Sequence record: NC_017972.1
DNA length: 64,000 bases
Reading direction: 5' to 3' (one strand)
A program made the position numbers and the translations under genes. The notes beneath the pieces are model-generated. The model was not told the DNA's origin and searched no databases. It worked only from the letters and a program-made list of their open reading frames with translations. This document shows, piece by piece, positions 17,845-27,472 of this stretch (within the stretch, counting starts at the first letter, position 1; the number at the start of each line of letters is the position of its first letter).

Positions 17845-18378
17845 TTACGACAGGCAGCTAAAGCCGTGCGAATGCAGGCGCGGATCATGCGCCAGAATCA
17901 TGCTGGCCGACACATGGCGCAGCACAATCGAGCGCGACGAATTGATAACGTCAGCCAGATTGCGGTCACAGCAAACCAGCGATTGCGGATTGCCGTTAAC
18001 CGGCAGCGACGGAATGATTTTGAACACGTTGAGCAGATCGGCGTAAACGCGGATTTGTTTGTTCGGGTTTTCTTCTGCGCATTGGCGAATCAGCTTAGCC
18101 ATTGCAACAGCGTTACCGAGTTCGACAGTCAGGAACTGCACGTTGGTGTCGTATTCCTGAAAACGTGCGACGTAGGCTTCCGGCGAACCACAGAACAGCG
18201 CCATGCGGCGATGCAAATCTTGCTCGGTCATTTCGTCGTTGAAGAACAGGAAAATCGTGTCTTCGTTACGACCAGCAAAACGGATAACGTCAGCCAGCAA
18301 ACTCAGCATGACTGTATCGGTAGCGCCTACACCAACGCCGCATTTGCCGACAACCACATCAGGAAAAACCGGTTTCAT
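17845..18378 (-). CDS. truncated, probably inactive gp41/DnaB-like RecA-fold domain
   Basis: GVGVGAT..MLSLLADV, FLFFNDEMTEQDLHRR, RVYADLLNV resemble gp41/DnaB motifs with Walker A Lys replaced by Ala. Confidence 0.55.
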   Translation of the reverse strand: MKPVFPDVVVGKCGVGVGATDTVMLSLLADVIRFAGRNEDTIFLFFNDEMTEQDLHRRMALFCGSPEAYVARFQEYDTNVQFLTVELGNAVAMAKLIRQCAEENPNKQIRVYADLLNVFKIIPSLPVNGNPQSLVCCDRNLADVINSSRSIVLRHVSASMILAHDPRLHSHGFSCLS

Positions 18379-18813
18379 TTATTCTTGCTCCATTTCGTCA
18401 ACGAAAATAGACACGACGTTAACGCGCTCGTCGCGCATGATACGCCGGACAAAATCGCTTTTGACTTTGATCGGCAGGCCGAAATTGGAATCGCTGAATT
18501 CGCCTACGGCTTCCTCGTATTCAAACAGTTCAGGCGTAACGAACGCGATATGCACGCGGCGCTGTTCGAGAATCGCTTTTTCCAGCCATTCATCGATAGC
18601 GGTAACGCCTTTGCAGATATGGCAACCGTCTGCAACGCGCACAAGGGATTCGCCTTTGTCGGAGTGGCATTTGAAAGCGAGGATTTCGTCTGCACCCTGC
18701 ACGATCAAAACCGTTTCGTTTAAATCGTCACGGCTACCGATGATGCGACCGATATACAGGTCGCGGATAGTGGCACGCCTTGCGTTGGAAATAACGTTGT
18801 AAGTTTTGAACAT
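18379..18813 (-). CDS. hypothetical protein (144 aa)
   Basis: ORF track. Confidence 0.72.
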   Translation of the reverse strand: MFKTYNVISNARRATIRDLYIGRIIGSRDDLNETVLIVQGADEILAFKCHSDKGESLVRVADGCHICKGVTAIDEWLEKAILEQRRVHIAFVTPELFEYEEAVGEFSDSNFGLPIKVKSDFVRRIMRDERVNVVSIFVDEMEQE

Positions 18814-19499
18814 TACAATTCTCCCATCTGCTCACGCAGCTTCGTGATAAATGCCATCGCGTCATTGTCGGTCAGGAATACCATACGGCGGTGCTGCTTA
18901 CCGATGAACAACATTTGCGAAGGCTGGCGCTGGTTCGGGTCAATTTCGTTTACCGCAATTACCCATGCGTGGTGCGAGCCGTCGCGCTTTTTCGCGTTGT
19001 ACGGTTTGAGGATTGGGAATGCCGCGTTGCTCAATTCCCGGCCACGTCTTGCGGCCTCAACCAGCGCGTCCGCTTGGATTGTGGTATGCGGGGTTTTCCC
19101 TGCGATTACATCCTCACGCTGCACGCGCAATTTGTACTGGCGCGCTTGGGCTTCTTTAGCATCTTTGTCGCGCTTCGCTTCGATTGCCGTTTTATCGTTG
19201 GAAATTTCCGCTTCCAATTCGTCGGCCATTTTGGTCCCAGCGAACATACCGGAAGTGACCAGCGCTTGGCGGGCCTTCATCGCCACGATTGGATTAGCTT
19301 TCAGCTTGGCAGCAGGCACCAGATCAAAGATGCCAGACAGCGCGACTTCGGCGTTTACGCGCAGCTCGGAATGTTCGTCTGCTTTGTTCTGCAAACCACG
19401 GGTAGCCCGGTCTACAATTCGCGCCAGCAGGCTAGGGTTATCTTGCACTGCCTTTTCAACCATCAGCAGCAGCGCTTCGATTTGATCAAAATCTCTCAT
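18813..19499 (-). CDS. hypothetical protein
   Basis: ORF track, start moved to MRDFDQ. Confidence 0.72.
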   Translation of the reverse strand: MRDFDQIEALLLMVEKAVQDNPSLLARIVDRATRGLQNKADEHSELRVNAEVALSGIFDLVPAAKLKANPIVAMKARQALVTSGMFAGTKMADELEAEISNDKTAIEAKRDKDAKEAQARQYKLRVQREDVIAGKTPHTTIQADALVEAARRGRELSNAAFPILKPYNAKKRDGSHHAWVIAVNEIDPNQRQPSQMLFIGKQHRRMVFLTDNDAMAFITKLREQMGEL

Positions 19500-19858
19500 G
19501 CTTTTTCTTGTTCCTTGCACCATTCGTTGAATTGCTGCCACGCGATTTTACGGCCCTTGAAATCTGCAAAGCGTTCGATTGCTTTGTCGAAGTGCTGGCG
19601 CGCTGCTTTCTCGATTTGCGCATCCAGATTTTTCACGTAGGCGCCAGAGTCCCAAAGCTCGTTAAGCTTTTGCTCCACAGCTTCGCGAATCAGCAAATGG
19701 CCTGCACCCTCGACACCGCCCCATTGCTTGCCAAAGGCGCAGCCAGCGTTGAAAAACACATTGAGCGAATTGCGCACCACAGAACTTTGTACGTCAGCGG
19801 CTGCATCGAAAATGCGCTTCTCGATTTCGGTAGTGCTGATTTTAACTTTGATTTCCAC
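19496..19858 (-). CDS. hypothetical protein (120 aa)
   Basis: ORF track. Confidence 0.72.
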   Translation of the reverse strand: MEIKVKISTTEIEKRIFDAAADVQSSVVRNSLNVFFNAGCAFGKQWGGVEGAGHLLIREAVEQKLNELWDSGAYVKNLDAQIEKAARQHFDKAIERFADFKGRKIAWQQFNEWCKEQEKA

Positions 19859-20206
19859 TTAGCTTTCCTTGTTCTTGGTTTTGTGTTCGTCCAGCAGATT
19901 CCACAGGTCTTGGAAATCGGAATCTTGCTGCGCCACGCGACATTTCATAATGGCATTCAGGACCACGCCAGAATCCACATCACTCAGGTATTTGAACAGC
20001 GCCACTTGCAAACGATGCAGGCCGTTCGCTTTTACGCCGAAACGCTTTACCCATTCGTCACGTTCGTTTTCACGGGCAGACGCATAGTGATTGTCACCCG
20101 TGGCGTTTGCGCGTGGCCCGTTGCTGCGCTTTGGCTTGGTGGGCGTTTTCGTTACCTCGCCTTTTTCAGCAAGGAAAGTATCAAGGGTTTTTGGCGTTTT
20201 GGTCAT
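19859..20206 (-). CDS. hypothetical protein (115 aa)
   Basis: ORF track. Confidence 0.72.
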   Translation of the reverse strand: MTKTPKTLDTFLAEKGEVTKTPTKPKRSNGPRANATGDNHYASARENERDEWVKRFGVKANGLHRLQVALFKYLSDVDSGVVLNAIMKCRVAQQDSDFQDLWNLLDEHKTKNKES

Positions 20207-20708
20207 TTTTGATTTCCTCGTCTTTCTTCTCTTCTTTTTTCGGCAGGCCCGGATTCGCGATGGTCATAGACTTCGGCGTAAACTGGGAGCCGAACCGGCA
20301 TTTCGTGTAGATGCGCTCCAGCGCCATATCGGCAGGCGTCTGGCCGTTGTAACCCTTGCGGCCAAATTTCCGTTCCATCCGATCCAGATCGACCTTGTAA
20401 GAAATGCTGGATTCCCGCAGGAACAACGCGCCAACCATTGCGTCTTTCCATTGCTGCTTTGCCGTGTTGTGTTTCGCCGCGTTGGCTTCGTTGTAGAAAC
20501 CCCACGCCATGCGCTGCGCCACGTCGTCAAGGTCGATCAATTTACGGTCGGCAGGTTTCAGGTCCAGATACTGGTTGCCCACTTCCATACCGATTTGATA
20601 CATACGCCCGCAAATGTTGTCGTCCAGCGTATAGGTCACGTCGGTTGTAACCACGTCGGCATTTGCCAGCACAGGAACAAACAGCAGAGACAGCAGAATC
20701 TTTTTCAT
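20181..20708 (-). CDS. secreted/periplasmic hypothetical protein
   Basis: Sec signal MKKILLSLLFVPVLANA. Confidence 0.75.
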   Translation of the reverse strand: MKKILLSLLFVPVLANADVVTTDVTYTLDDNICGRMYQIGMEVGNQYLDLKPADRKLIDLDDVAQRMAWGFYNEANAAKHNTAKQQWKDAMVGALFLRESSISYKVDLDRMERKFGRKGYNGQTPADMALERIYTKCRFGSQFTPKSMTIANPGLPKKEEKKDEEIKNDQNAKNP

Positions 20709-21481
20709 TTCAGTTTTACATCCTTGGATGGCATCAGCACATAAACGGAAGTCGAGCCAGCGCACGGAGGCACGGCGAATTCGCTTTCGTACTGGTAGGT
20801 TTCTCGCGCAGGCACCAGCGTATAAGGCCCGGTCATGAAGTTGTAGCCGTCGAGCTGCACCCGATGATCAACGTTGAAAGCGGGCGCTTCTTTTTCGATA
20901 GAAATGCCGCCTTCAATCGCGTTACGAATCGCCGGGAAATTGTTGTCCATAACGCGGGTCGTGCTGCCGCCGTATTTGCCGTTAATGACGCGGAAATTAT
21001 CGCGTGCCAAAAACACATAGCGGCGGACGACTTCGTGTTTCTTGTGGCCTTCGTCGTCATCCTCGGGCATGATTTCGTCCAGCGCACACCACAGCGCCAC
21101 GTCCATCGAGCCAATGCCCTTGTACCGCGACAGCTTGTAATCGCAGACGATATGAATGTAATCAGGCAGGTTGAAATGCCCGCGTGTTTCGTGTGCGAAG
21201 TGGATAGCGCACAACGCCGATTTGAGCAATTCCAAATCCGGCTCATTTACGTCGAGGTCCACGGTCTGCCAATAAATATCAGCGTGGTTTACCTCTTTGA
21301 AACTGACCGTGAATTTGTAATCGCTGTAGGCGAAGCAAACGCACTCGGTTTCGAGGATGTTGCCGCCGAACGCTTCGCCTTGGCCGTGGGTGAAAGGCAC
21401 GACGTAGCTATGCAGATAATGCACAATCATATCGACACAGCTTTGCACTTTTTCGTTATTCATTTTCAGCATTGGGAACAA
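20705..21481 (-). CDS. hypothetical protein (258 aa)
   Basis: ORF track. Confidence 0.75.
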   Translation of the reverse strand: MFPMLKMNNEKVQSCVDMIVHYLHSYVVPFTHGQGEAFGGNILETECVCFAYSDYKFTVSFKEVNHADIYWQTVDLDVNEPDLELLKSALCAIHFAHETRGHFNLPDYIHIVCDYKLSRYKGIGSMDVALWCALDEIMPEDDDEGHKKHEVVRRYVFLARDNFRVINGKYGGSTTRVMDNNFPAIRNAIEGGISIEKEAPAFNVDHRVQLDGYNFMTGPYTLVPARETYQYESEFAVPPCAGSTSVYVLMPSKDVKLK

Positions 21482-22268
21482 TCCTCGGTACTTGCACCAG
21501 ATAGAAAATTTCTTTTGGTTTTGCCAGCGTTGCTTTCAAGTCAACGCCCAGCTTTCGCAGATTGCCTTCGTCGCCCGGTGCCAGAATGGAACTGACTTCG
21601 GTGCGGTAAAGCTTTGCGGTGAATTCCGGCATCGGCACACGGAAGCCGCTGTAGCCGTCCCACAGGTGCGGAACAAACGGCAATTCTCGCGTAGCCAATC
21701 GGCGGTTGATCTTGTAGCGCTCTTCCAGATAGCGCGGGCGTTTATAGCCGTCCACGTCATACGGCGGCGCGTAGCGCTTTGCCAGCCCGTGGTCGTCATG
21801 CAGCTGGATATAATCGGAGCGCTTATGGTTGATCGAATCGAGCCGATAAAACAGCGTCATACCGACCGATTCTTTTCCGGTGTCGCCGAACGTGTGGTTA
21901 AGCGCGTCCGGTTTCATTGCGCACACCAGCTCTTCGCGATTGTGGTAGCAGTCACACCAGAGCAGCAATTCTTTAGCCACGCAAATAAACACATTCAACA
22001 AACGGAAATGTTCTACACGCCCGGTTGCGGTCTTTGCGTACTGGCGCGCTGCGCATTTCTTGTTGAGCGTTACCTTGTCGTCCATCCACGTTTCGTCAAC
22101 GTTGGCGTAGAGGGTAAAACCATGTTTGCGCATTGCAATACGCATGGCGGTTGCGCCCAGTGTGAAAACGCCGTCGCTTTCACTGAATGGAATATCCACA
22201 GTGCGCAGGCGTTTGCGCAGATATTCCATGTACGGCTCGCCCCATGCAGATTCGCGTGGCCCATTCAT
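21456..22268 (-). CDS. hypothetical protein (270 aa)
   Basis: ORF track. Confidence 0.75.
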   Translation of the reverse strand: MNGPRESAWGEPYMEYLRKRLRTVDIPFSESDGVFTLGATAMRIAMRKHGFTLYANVDETWMDDKVTLNKKCAARQYAKTATGRVEHFRLLNVFICVAKELLLWCDCYHNREELVCAMKPDALNHTFGDTGKESVGMTLFYRLDSINHKRSDYIQLHDDHGLAKRYAPPYDVDGYKRPRYLEERYKINRRLATRELPFVPHLWDGYSGFRVPMPEFTAKLYRTEVSSILAPGDEGNLRKLGVDLKATLAKPKEIFYLVQVPRIVPNAENE

Positions 22269-23356
22269 TACTTCGCTTCCTTGTGTTCGATGCCCAGCAG
22301 CGAAAGAATGCCGCTGTAAAAATCAGGGAATTCGCCCGGCATGTTACAGGCCAAAACGGTATTGAAATTGTCAACGTGGTGGAAACGCGCAGACAACGCG
22401 AAACCTTCGCCTTCAACGTCACCGACTTTGAAAACAGTCATTGTTACGTGGACGCCTTTGTTACTTTTCCGGCGCAGCATGAAAGTGGTGCCGCTACGGT
22501 CGCGCAGAATCTCCAGCTCTTCGTTGTCGAGCATTTGATTCATGACTTTGTGGACGGCGCCAACGTTGCCGAAAAACATTGCCGGGTCTTGCAGATCAAT
22601 CCACGCATTTACATATGCGTAGAACGCAGGCATTTCGTTATAGCTGCGCGTGAAGCGGGCAATCTCGCCGCCGTCGTATTTGCAGGTCATGCCTGCCGCG
22701 TCTACGACGATGCAAAGATTATTCTTTCTGCCGGTAATGTAGACTTCGGTTTTCCACGTAGTAGGTTCAAACTTCACCTCAAAGCGCATACCCGCCTCGG
22801 AGGCAGAACGCCACAAACCGAACTCGATTTCCCAAATGTGGGTATCGTGCTCGCTCCAATCAAAATGCGCTTCGTGTCGTCGGAAATACCGGGCAGCAGC
22901 CATATCGTTGAAGTGCGTAGCGCAGGCACGGCGCAGCTCATGCGTATCACTCAGCAACGCGCTGTCTGCCAGCGTGATATATTCGCCCAATTGCGTCGGA
23001 TTTTCGTCCGGGTTTTTGTGAACGCGCAGGCCGTGGCCGACAGAAAGGCTTTCGATTTTTCCGGTGAGCAAATCCACGACTTTATCGCGGTTCAAACCAA
23101 AGAACGGAATGCAGCTTACTTGCCCGTTGTAGCCAGCCGGGAAATCTTCACGCGCCGCAACGTGATTCCACAATGCCTTGTTAAGAACTTTCGGATCATA
23201 ACGCAGGCTTTTCGATTCCGCCGGATCGCGCAGAGACAGGCGACCAAAGATCGAACGGATATACAAACCGGCGCCGTCGAATACCGCGACTTCAAAAGCT
23301 GGGCGGTCGTGCTCGCCGCAGTAATCAACGTTGAAAGCTTTGTCGAAATGGGTCAC
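22268..23356 (-). CDS. hypothetical protein (~362 aa)
   Basis: ORF track; GTG start after GAGGA. Confidence 0.75.
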   Translation of the reverse strand: MTHFDKAFNVDYCGEHDRPAFEVAVFDGAGLYIRSIFGRLSLRDPAESKSLRYDPKVLNKALWNHVAAREDFPAGYNGQVSCIPFFGLNRDKVVDLLTGKIESLSVGHGLRVHKNPDENPTQLGEYITLADSALLSDTHELRRACATHFNDMAAARYFRRHEAHFDWSEHDTHIWEIEFGLWRSASEAGMRFEVKFEPTTWKTEVYITGRKNNLCIVVDAAGMTCKYDGGEIARFTRSYNEMPAFYAYVNAWIDLQDPAMFFGNVGAVHKVMNQMLDNEELEILRDRSGTTFMLRRKSNKGVHVTMTVFKVGDVEGEGFALSARFHHVDNFNTVLACNMPGEFPDFYSGILSLLGIEHKEAK

Positions 23357-23360
23357 GAAA

Positions 23361-23705
23361 TTATTCCTCTTCTTCCTGTTTTCTTTTGCGGTGATCGTCC
23401 ACAAAACGCTCGCGCATTTCCATAGCTTCGATCAGTTTAGTTTCGTAGTTGCGCTCGTATGTGTTCTGGTTGCCGATGTAAATAATCACTGGTCGGCGTG
23501 CGCCCGGATCGCATACCGCAAAACGGTGTTTCGTTTGATTGCCGTCCTGCACGGTGTAATGGGTGATCCCCACAACATCGCATGACAATTTGTTTGACCG
23601 CGCTTGCGTTTCGGTTTCGCGCAGTTTGTGCCGCGCTCGCGTTTTCCGCTGGGGCACGGCGGCGGGAATGTCCTTACCGCCTTTGGGTTTCTTTTGCGTG
23701 TTCAT
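23361..23705 (-). CDS. basic hypothetical protein (114 aa)
   Basis: ORF track. Confidence 0.7.
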   Translation of the reverse strand: MNTQKKPKGGKDIPAAVPQRKTRARHKLRETETQARSNKLSCDVVGITHYTVQDGNQTKHRFAVCDPGARRPVIIYIGNQNTYERNYETKLIEAMEMRERFVDDHRKRKQEEEE

Positions 23706-24361
23706 TAGGCCACGTACAACGCAACAGGCGGCACATTGGAACCAATCACCGCTGTAAGCGTCCCTGTGAGGTCTAGGCGATGCAAACGCCCTTCATCGAT
23801 CAGCTGCACGCCACACGCCAACAAACGATTCCTAAGCGCGTCTAGGGCCTCCTGTGAGGTCGCCAGATACACGCACGCGCCCGGTGCGAATTCGTGGAAG
23901 CGGTAAACGTCGCCGTCAATCTCCAGCGCGGTGCGGCGCATGTCCAGCGTCAGGACTGGCCCCGGCTTTGCGACGTAAACGAATCGACGACTGACCGGCA
24001 CTTCGTCCATGTCAACGCCAAAAGTTTCTTTGATCGCTTTCAGCTTTTGCGTGGAAATTCCAGCGCGACCGAGAACCCAAGCGCGGAAAGTTTCCGGCTT
24101 TGCGATTTCGTAGATTTTCGCGCCGTGCAAACGCTCCAACTCCAGAACGTGGTAGGAATACAGCGCGTTGCGCCATTCCTTCAAAAACGAATCGGAACGG
24201 CTGATTGCTCGCATTTGTTCGTAGGTGGGGAAATACAGGCCAGACGCGAAGGCACGCATTGCAGATTGCGCGTGGACATAATCCACATTGAGCGCACGGG
24301 CGTAACCTTCCACGACATTTCGGTTTTCCGCCAGCGCGCTAACCGATACGTTAAACATCAT
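23705..24361 (-). CDS. hypothetical protein (218 aa)
   Basis: ORF track. Confidence 0.72.
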   Translation of the reverse strand: MMFNVSVSALAENRNVVEGYARALNVDYVHAQSAMRAFASGLYFPTYEQMRAISRSDSFLKEWRNALYSYHVLELERLHGAKIYEIAKPETFRAWVLGRAGISTQKLKAIKETFGVDMDEVPVSRRFVYVAKPGPVLTLDMRRTALEIDGDVYRFHEFAPGACVYLATSQEALDALRNRLLACGVQLIDEGRLHRLDLTGTLTAVIGSNVPPVALYVA

Positions 24362-24408
24362 TCTTATTCCCTTAGAGTAGCGACTACGTTCTGCTACTGG
24401 TGTGCGGA

Positions 24409-24430
24409 AAGCGGGGCGCGAACCCCGCTT
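24409..24430 (-). terminator. GC-rich stem-loop, possible intrinsic terminator
   Basis: AAGCGGGG-TTCGCG-CCCCGCTT just after the 578-aa gene; short U tract. Confidence 0.55.
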
Positions 24431-24436
24431 ATTTTG

Positions 24437-24446
24437 TATTTACAGG
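24437..24446 (-). promoter_or_regulatory. variant motif CCTGTAAATA
   Basis: One mismatch to the repeated motif; overlaps the stop of 24440 gene. Confidence 0.35.
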
Positions 24447-26176
24447 AAAACGATTTTGCTGACTGCCAGTTGCGGATTCAGATCGTCCAGCACGGATTCA
24501 TCGTAAGGAATATGCAGCGTGTTGGTTTCCGTGTCGAACCACAGACCGAACGAAAGCAGCTCGCGACGGCCCTGCGCGGTTTTCAGGAATTCCGGCATTG
24601 CCGATAGTGGCGCAGCAGCCGGGTAGACGCCGTGACTGCGATTCTGCGTGTAACCGATCAGTGATGCTTCGATTTCAAAATCTTGATCGGGCGAAACGCC
24701 GCTGATAATGATGGCGCCGTTGTCCTCGTAGGAGGCCTGCACGTTGCGCGAAACGTGGCCGACCATGCTCAGGATTTTACGCAGTGGCAATTGATCGCCG
24801 TCCACGTCAATCGTTGGCTCGCGGTTGTCGAGCGAATAAAACGCAGCGATGTTTTCGGTGGAATCCGCTTCGATTTCAACCGCCGATTGGAAACCGAGGG
24901 TGATTTGACGTTTTTCGATCAGGAAGCCTGCCGAATCCAGCAGCTCGCCAATGGTGCCGCCAGTGGCGTACTCTTCGTCGTCGCCCAGCGTATCGAAATA
25001 ATCGAAAACGTGATTCATGCAATTGCGCAGCGAGCTGGTTGGCGTCGGTTTGCTGTAGGTGGCAAAACCGTCACCAATCGGAACCTGCACAGTGATGCGG
25101 GATTCATAAACCGAAATTTTCAGTTTGTAGAATTCCAGCACCAGACAATCGATAAACGCGCCATTCATTACCAGATTGTGCCCAAAGTCCGGCCACATGG
25201 TCATGATCGAAATCATGTTGGGCGCACGCAGCGCGCTTTGGTAGGATTCCAGCGCGTATTCATGGTCGGATTTCCCGGCGTCGTTATCGTCGGGAATAGT
25301 GTTGATCCTTTCCAAGCAGGAAACGAAATCGTTAAACAGGTGCGGGCAGTGCTCATGCTTGCGCACGTCGAGCGTTTCAAGGAACAGATTCGATTCTGGC
25401 GAGATTGGCAGCTCTTTAACCACGTCTGCCGTTTTCACTGCCAGCAGTGCGTCGTCATGCGCTGCGCGCTTTGGAGACGGACGGCCTTTAGCTTTCGGCT
25501 TCGCGGCTACTGCCTTTTTCAGCACGGGTTTTGCGACCGCCTGCTTTTTCGCCGCTGGTTTTTTCACAGCAACGGTTTTGATCGGGGCGATTGCTTGCGG
25601 CTGGGTGTTTTTCATTGCGTCGTCTTCCTTCGATTTTTTGGTTTGCTTTTTCTGTTTAGGGTTAGCAGCTTTTTGGTGGAACAGGTTGGCGTGGTCGTAG
25701 TGACCGGCCAGCAGATCAATGCCCAATTCGACAAAGGCGCGCTCAATAGTTTTCGAGCTAGGCACCGCTTTGCCTTTCAGCCACGCGCCGATAGATTGCG
25801 CGGAAATCATGCCGCGCAGTGCGTCCCATTGCGAGCGGTTCAGCTTCCAGACGTTGTAGGCGACCAACGCTTTGTAATAAGCGTGCTGCCAATCCGGGTG
25901 CGCACGAAAAAGAATACGCAAATCTTGCTCGCGCAGATCGGGCGCGTGGCGGTGGCCCGACCATTGGTTGTAAAGATCGCTCAGCAGCTCTTCGCAATCG
26001 TGCTCGGTCAGTTCGCCGCTGATTTCCTCGCCCAGCAGCCACGTCATGAAATCAATCGGGTTTTGATCTTCTGGCGTTTTTGGCGCACCGGGCAGCGATT
26101 GCCAGAATTCGGTAAAGGCTTTCAGGCCGGGGGCTTGTGAGGCAGGTACAGGGGAGCCGAGTTTTGCAGAGGTCAT
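24440..26176 (-). CDS. multidomain protein with Xre-like HTH and Lys/Ala/Pro-rich linker (578 aa)
   Basis: AQSIGAWLKGKAVPSSKTIERAFVELGI HTH pattern; VKKPAAKKQAVAKPVLKKAVAAKPKAK linker. Confidence 0.7.
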   Translation of the reverse strand: MTSAKLGSPVPASQAPGLKAFTEFWQSLPGAPKTPEDQNPIDFMTWLLGEEISGELTEHDCEELLSDLYNQWSGHRHAPDLREQDLRILFRAHPDWQHAYYKALVAYNVWKLNRSQWDALRGMISAQSIGAWLKGKAVPSSKTIERAFVELGIDLLAGHYDHANLFHQKAANPKQKKQTKKSKEDDAMKNTQPQAIAPIKTVAVKKPAAKKQAVAKPVLKKAVAAKPKAKGRPSPKRAAHDDALLAVKTADVVKELPISPESNLFLETLDVRKHEHCPHLFNDFVSCLERINTIPDDNDAGKSDHEYALESYQSALRAPNMISIMTMWPDFGHNLVMNGAFIDCLVLEFYKLKISVYESRITVQVPIGDGFATYSKPTPTSSLRNCMNHVFDYFDTLGDDEEYATGGTIGELLDSAGFLIEKRQITLGFQSAVEIEADSTENIAAFYSLDNREPTIDVDGDQLPLRKILSMVGHVSRNVQASYEDNGAIIISGVSPDQDFEIEASLIGYTQNRSHGVYPAAAPLSAMPEFLKTAQGRRELLSFGLWFDTETNTLHIPYDESVLDDLNPQLAVSKIVFL

Positions 26177-26211
26177 CGTCTTCTTCCTTCTTTCTTCGCA
26201 GTAATTGCGGG

Positions 26212-27012
26212 TTAGGCTTCTTTTGCAACCAATTCAGCAAAGCGCGAATCGATTGCACAAAGGCGTTTCAGGTTGCGTTTCGGGAAATCCAGCAGCGAGA
26301 TAGCGCCGCTGTAAAAATCGCACGACGAATAGGTGCCGTTGTTCATATCGTGGAAGAACAGCAGCTCGCCAGCAGTCATGCCGTAGTAACGGGTAACGCC
26401 AAAATTCGGCATGGATTCGCGCAGCTTATCCCACGCGACCATTGAACCACAGCCATTGGCGCAGGCGTCGAATTCATCTTGCGAAATCACGCGCAGCACG
26501 TAGGCGCGACCGTATTTTTCAACGGTGTTTTCAAACCACTTCGCACGGAATTCCTGTTGAACCAATGCGTCAATGTGTTCGGCGCGCACGCCCAATTCAT
26601 CGGCCAGAATGTGAATGTGTTCGGGCGTAGGAATTGTGGTGCCACGGTGGCGCAACAATTGATCGCGCAGCTTTGGCATTGGCAGCGCTGCAATACCGGA
26701 TTTGTAAAGCTTCACAAAATCAGTGAACGGCGTAGGCGAAGCATCACCTTCCAGATAAGGCCCGACGTGCGAAACGTGCGAGCGATTCATTTTCACTTTA
26801 CGACCGCCAATGATCCACGCTTTGCCGATTCCCAGCTCGCGAACGTCGATCATAAACCACACGTTCGGGCACTTTTGGCGGAAAAGCATATCAGCCTCTT
26901 CGCGGCTCAGTGCGAAAACGTGGGCTTCCATACGCTGCACGGTGATTTCTTTTACGGTGTACAGGTAGTGGAATTGCAGCAGTGGGGCAGCAGTGCGAGA
27001 AAGAATAGCCAT
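26212..27012 (-). CDS. hypothetical protein, possible Xre-like HTH
   Basis: RGTTIPTPEHIHILADELGV resembles the HTH_3 C-terminal helix motif. Confidence 0.65.
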   Translation of the reverse strand: MAILSRTAAPLLQFHYLYTVKEITVQRMEAHVFALSREEADMLFRQKCPNVWFMIDVRELGIGKAWIIGGRKVKMNRSHVSHVGPYLEGDASPTPFTDFVKLYKSGIAALPMPKLRDQLLRHRGTTIPTPEHIHILADELGVRAEHIDALVQQEFRAKWFENTVEKYGRAYVLRVISQDEFDACANGCGSMVAWDKLRESMPNFGVTRYYGMTAGELLFFHDMNNGTYSSCDFYSGAISLLDFPKRNLKRLCAIDSRFAELVAKEA

Positions 27013-27025
27013 GACAAGAACCTTA

Positions 27026-27322
27026 TTAGACGGAGACGACGTTAAAAGCGAGCAGAGCGAACAGGAGGCTAAAGGCGCACATATTAAAGCGCTCCAGCTT
27101 TCGCGTTGCCGCGTCCGTTTCCTTGCCGACGAAAATTTGCATGGCCCAGCTTAATGCAAAGCCAACGGTTGCGACTTCCGTTTGATAGCCGATCAATACA
27201 GGCGACCACATAAAGGCACTAAGGCCGACGACCGCTATTGAATGCGGGCGCCTAACCAGTGACCAAACTTTACTTGTACCTAAGCGATTGGGGCGCATCG
27301 GGGCGCCCGTATTGATGTTCAT
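27026..27322 (-). CDS. membrane protein (98 aa)
   Basis: Three hydrophobic segments; first gene after a sigma70-type promoter. Confidence 0.7.
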   Translation of the reverse strand: MNINTGAPMRPNRLGTSKVWSLVRRPHSIAVVGLSAFMWSPVLIGYQTEVATVGFALSWAMQIFVGKETDAATRKLERFNMCAFSLLFALLAFNVVSV

Positions 27323-27394
27323 CGGAAACTTCCCTAAAACCGTGAGTTAGAACCTAGCGGGCACATTTCGGCCCTGACCTAAGCCAGGGCCGCC

Positions 27395-27423
27395 ATAGTG
27401 CCAGCATAGGGCGCCCCTGTCAA
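27395..27423 (-). promoter_or_regulatory. sigma70-type promoter TTGACA-N17-CACTAT
   Basis: Perfect -35, 17-nt spacer, TG-extended near-consensus -10, followed by GGCGGC and a 7-bp hairpin (27370..27391). Confidence 0.65.
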
Positions 27424-27472
27424 GTAGTGCTTACCAGACAAGGGCTTACACGCGGTTAGAGGCCCGTGCGCG

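Noticed and set aside
24370-24435. tRNA-like or small ncRNA in the double-hairpin intergenic region
   Set aside because: No cloverleaf, TpsiC loop or CCA; explained by a terminator-like hairpin plus a leader hairpin
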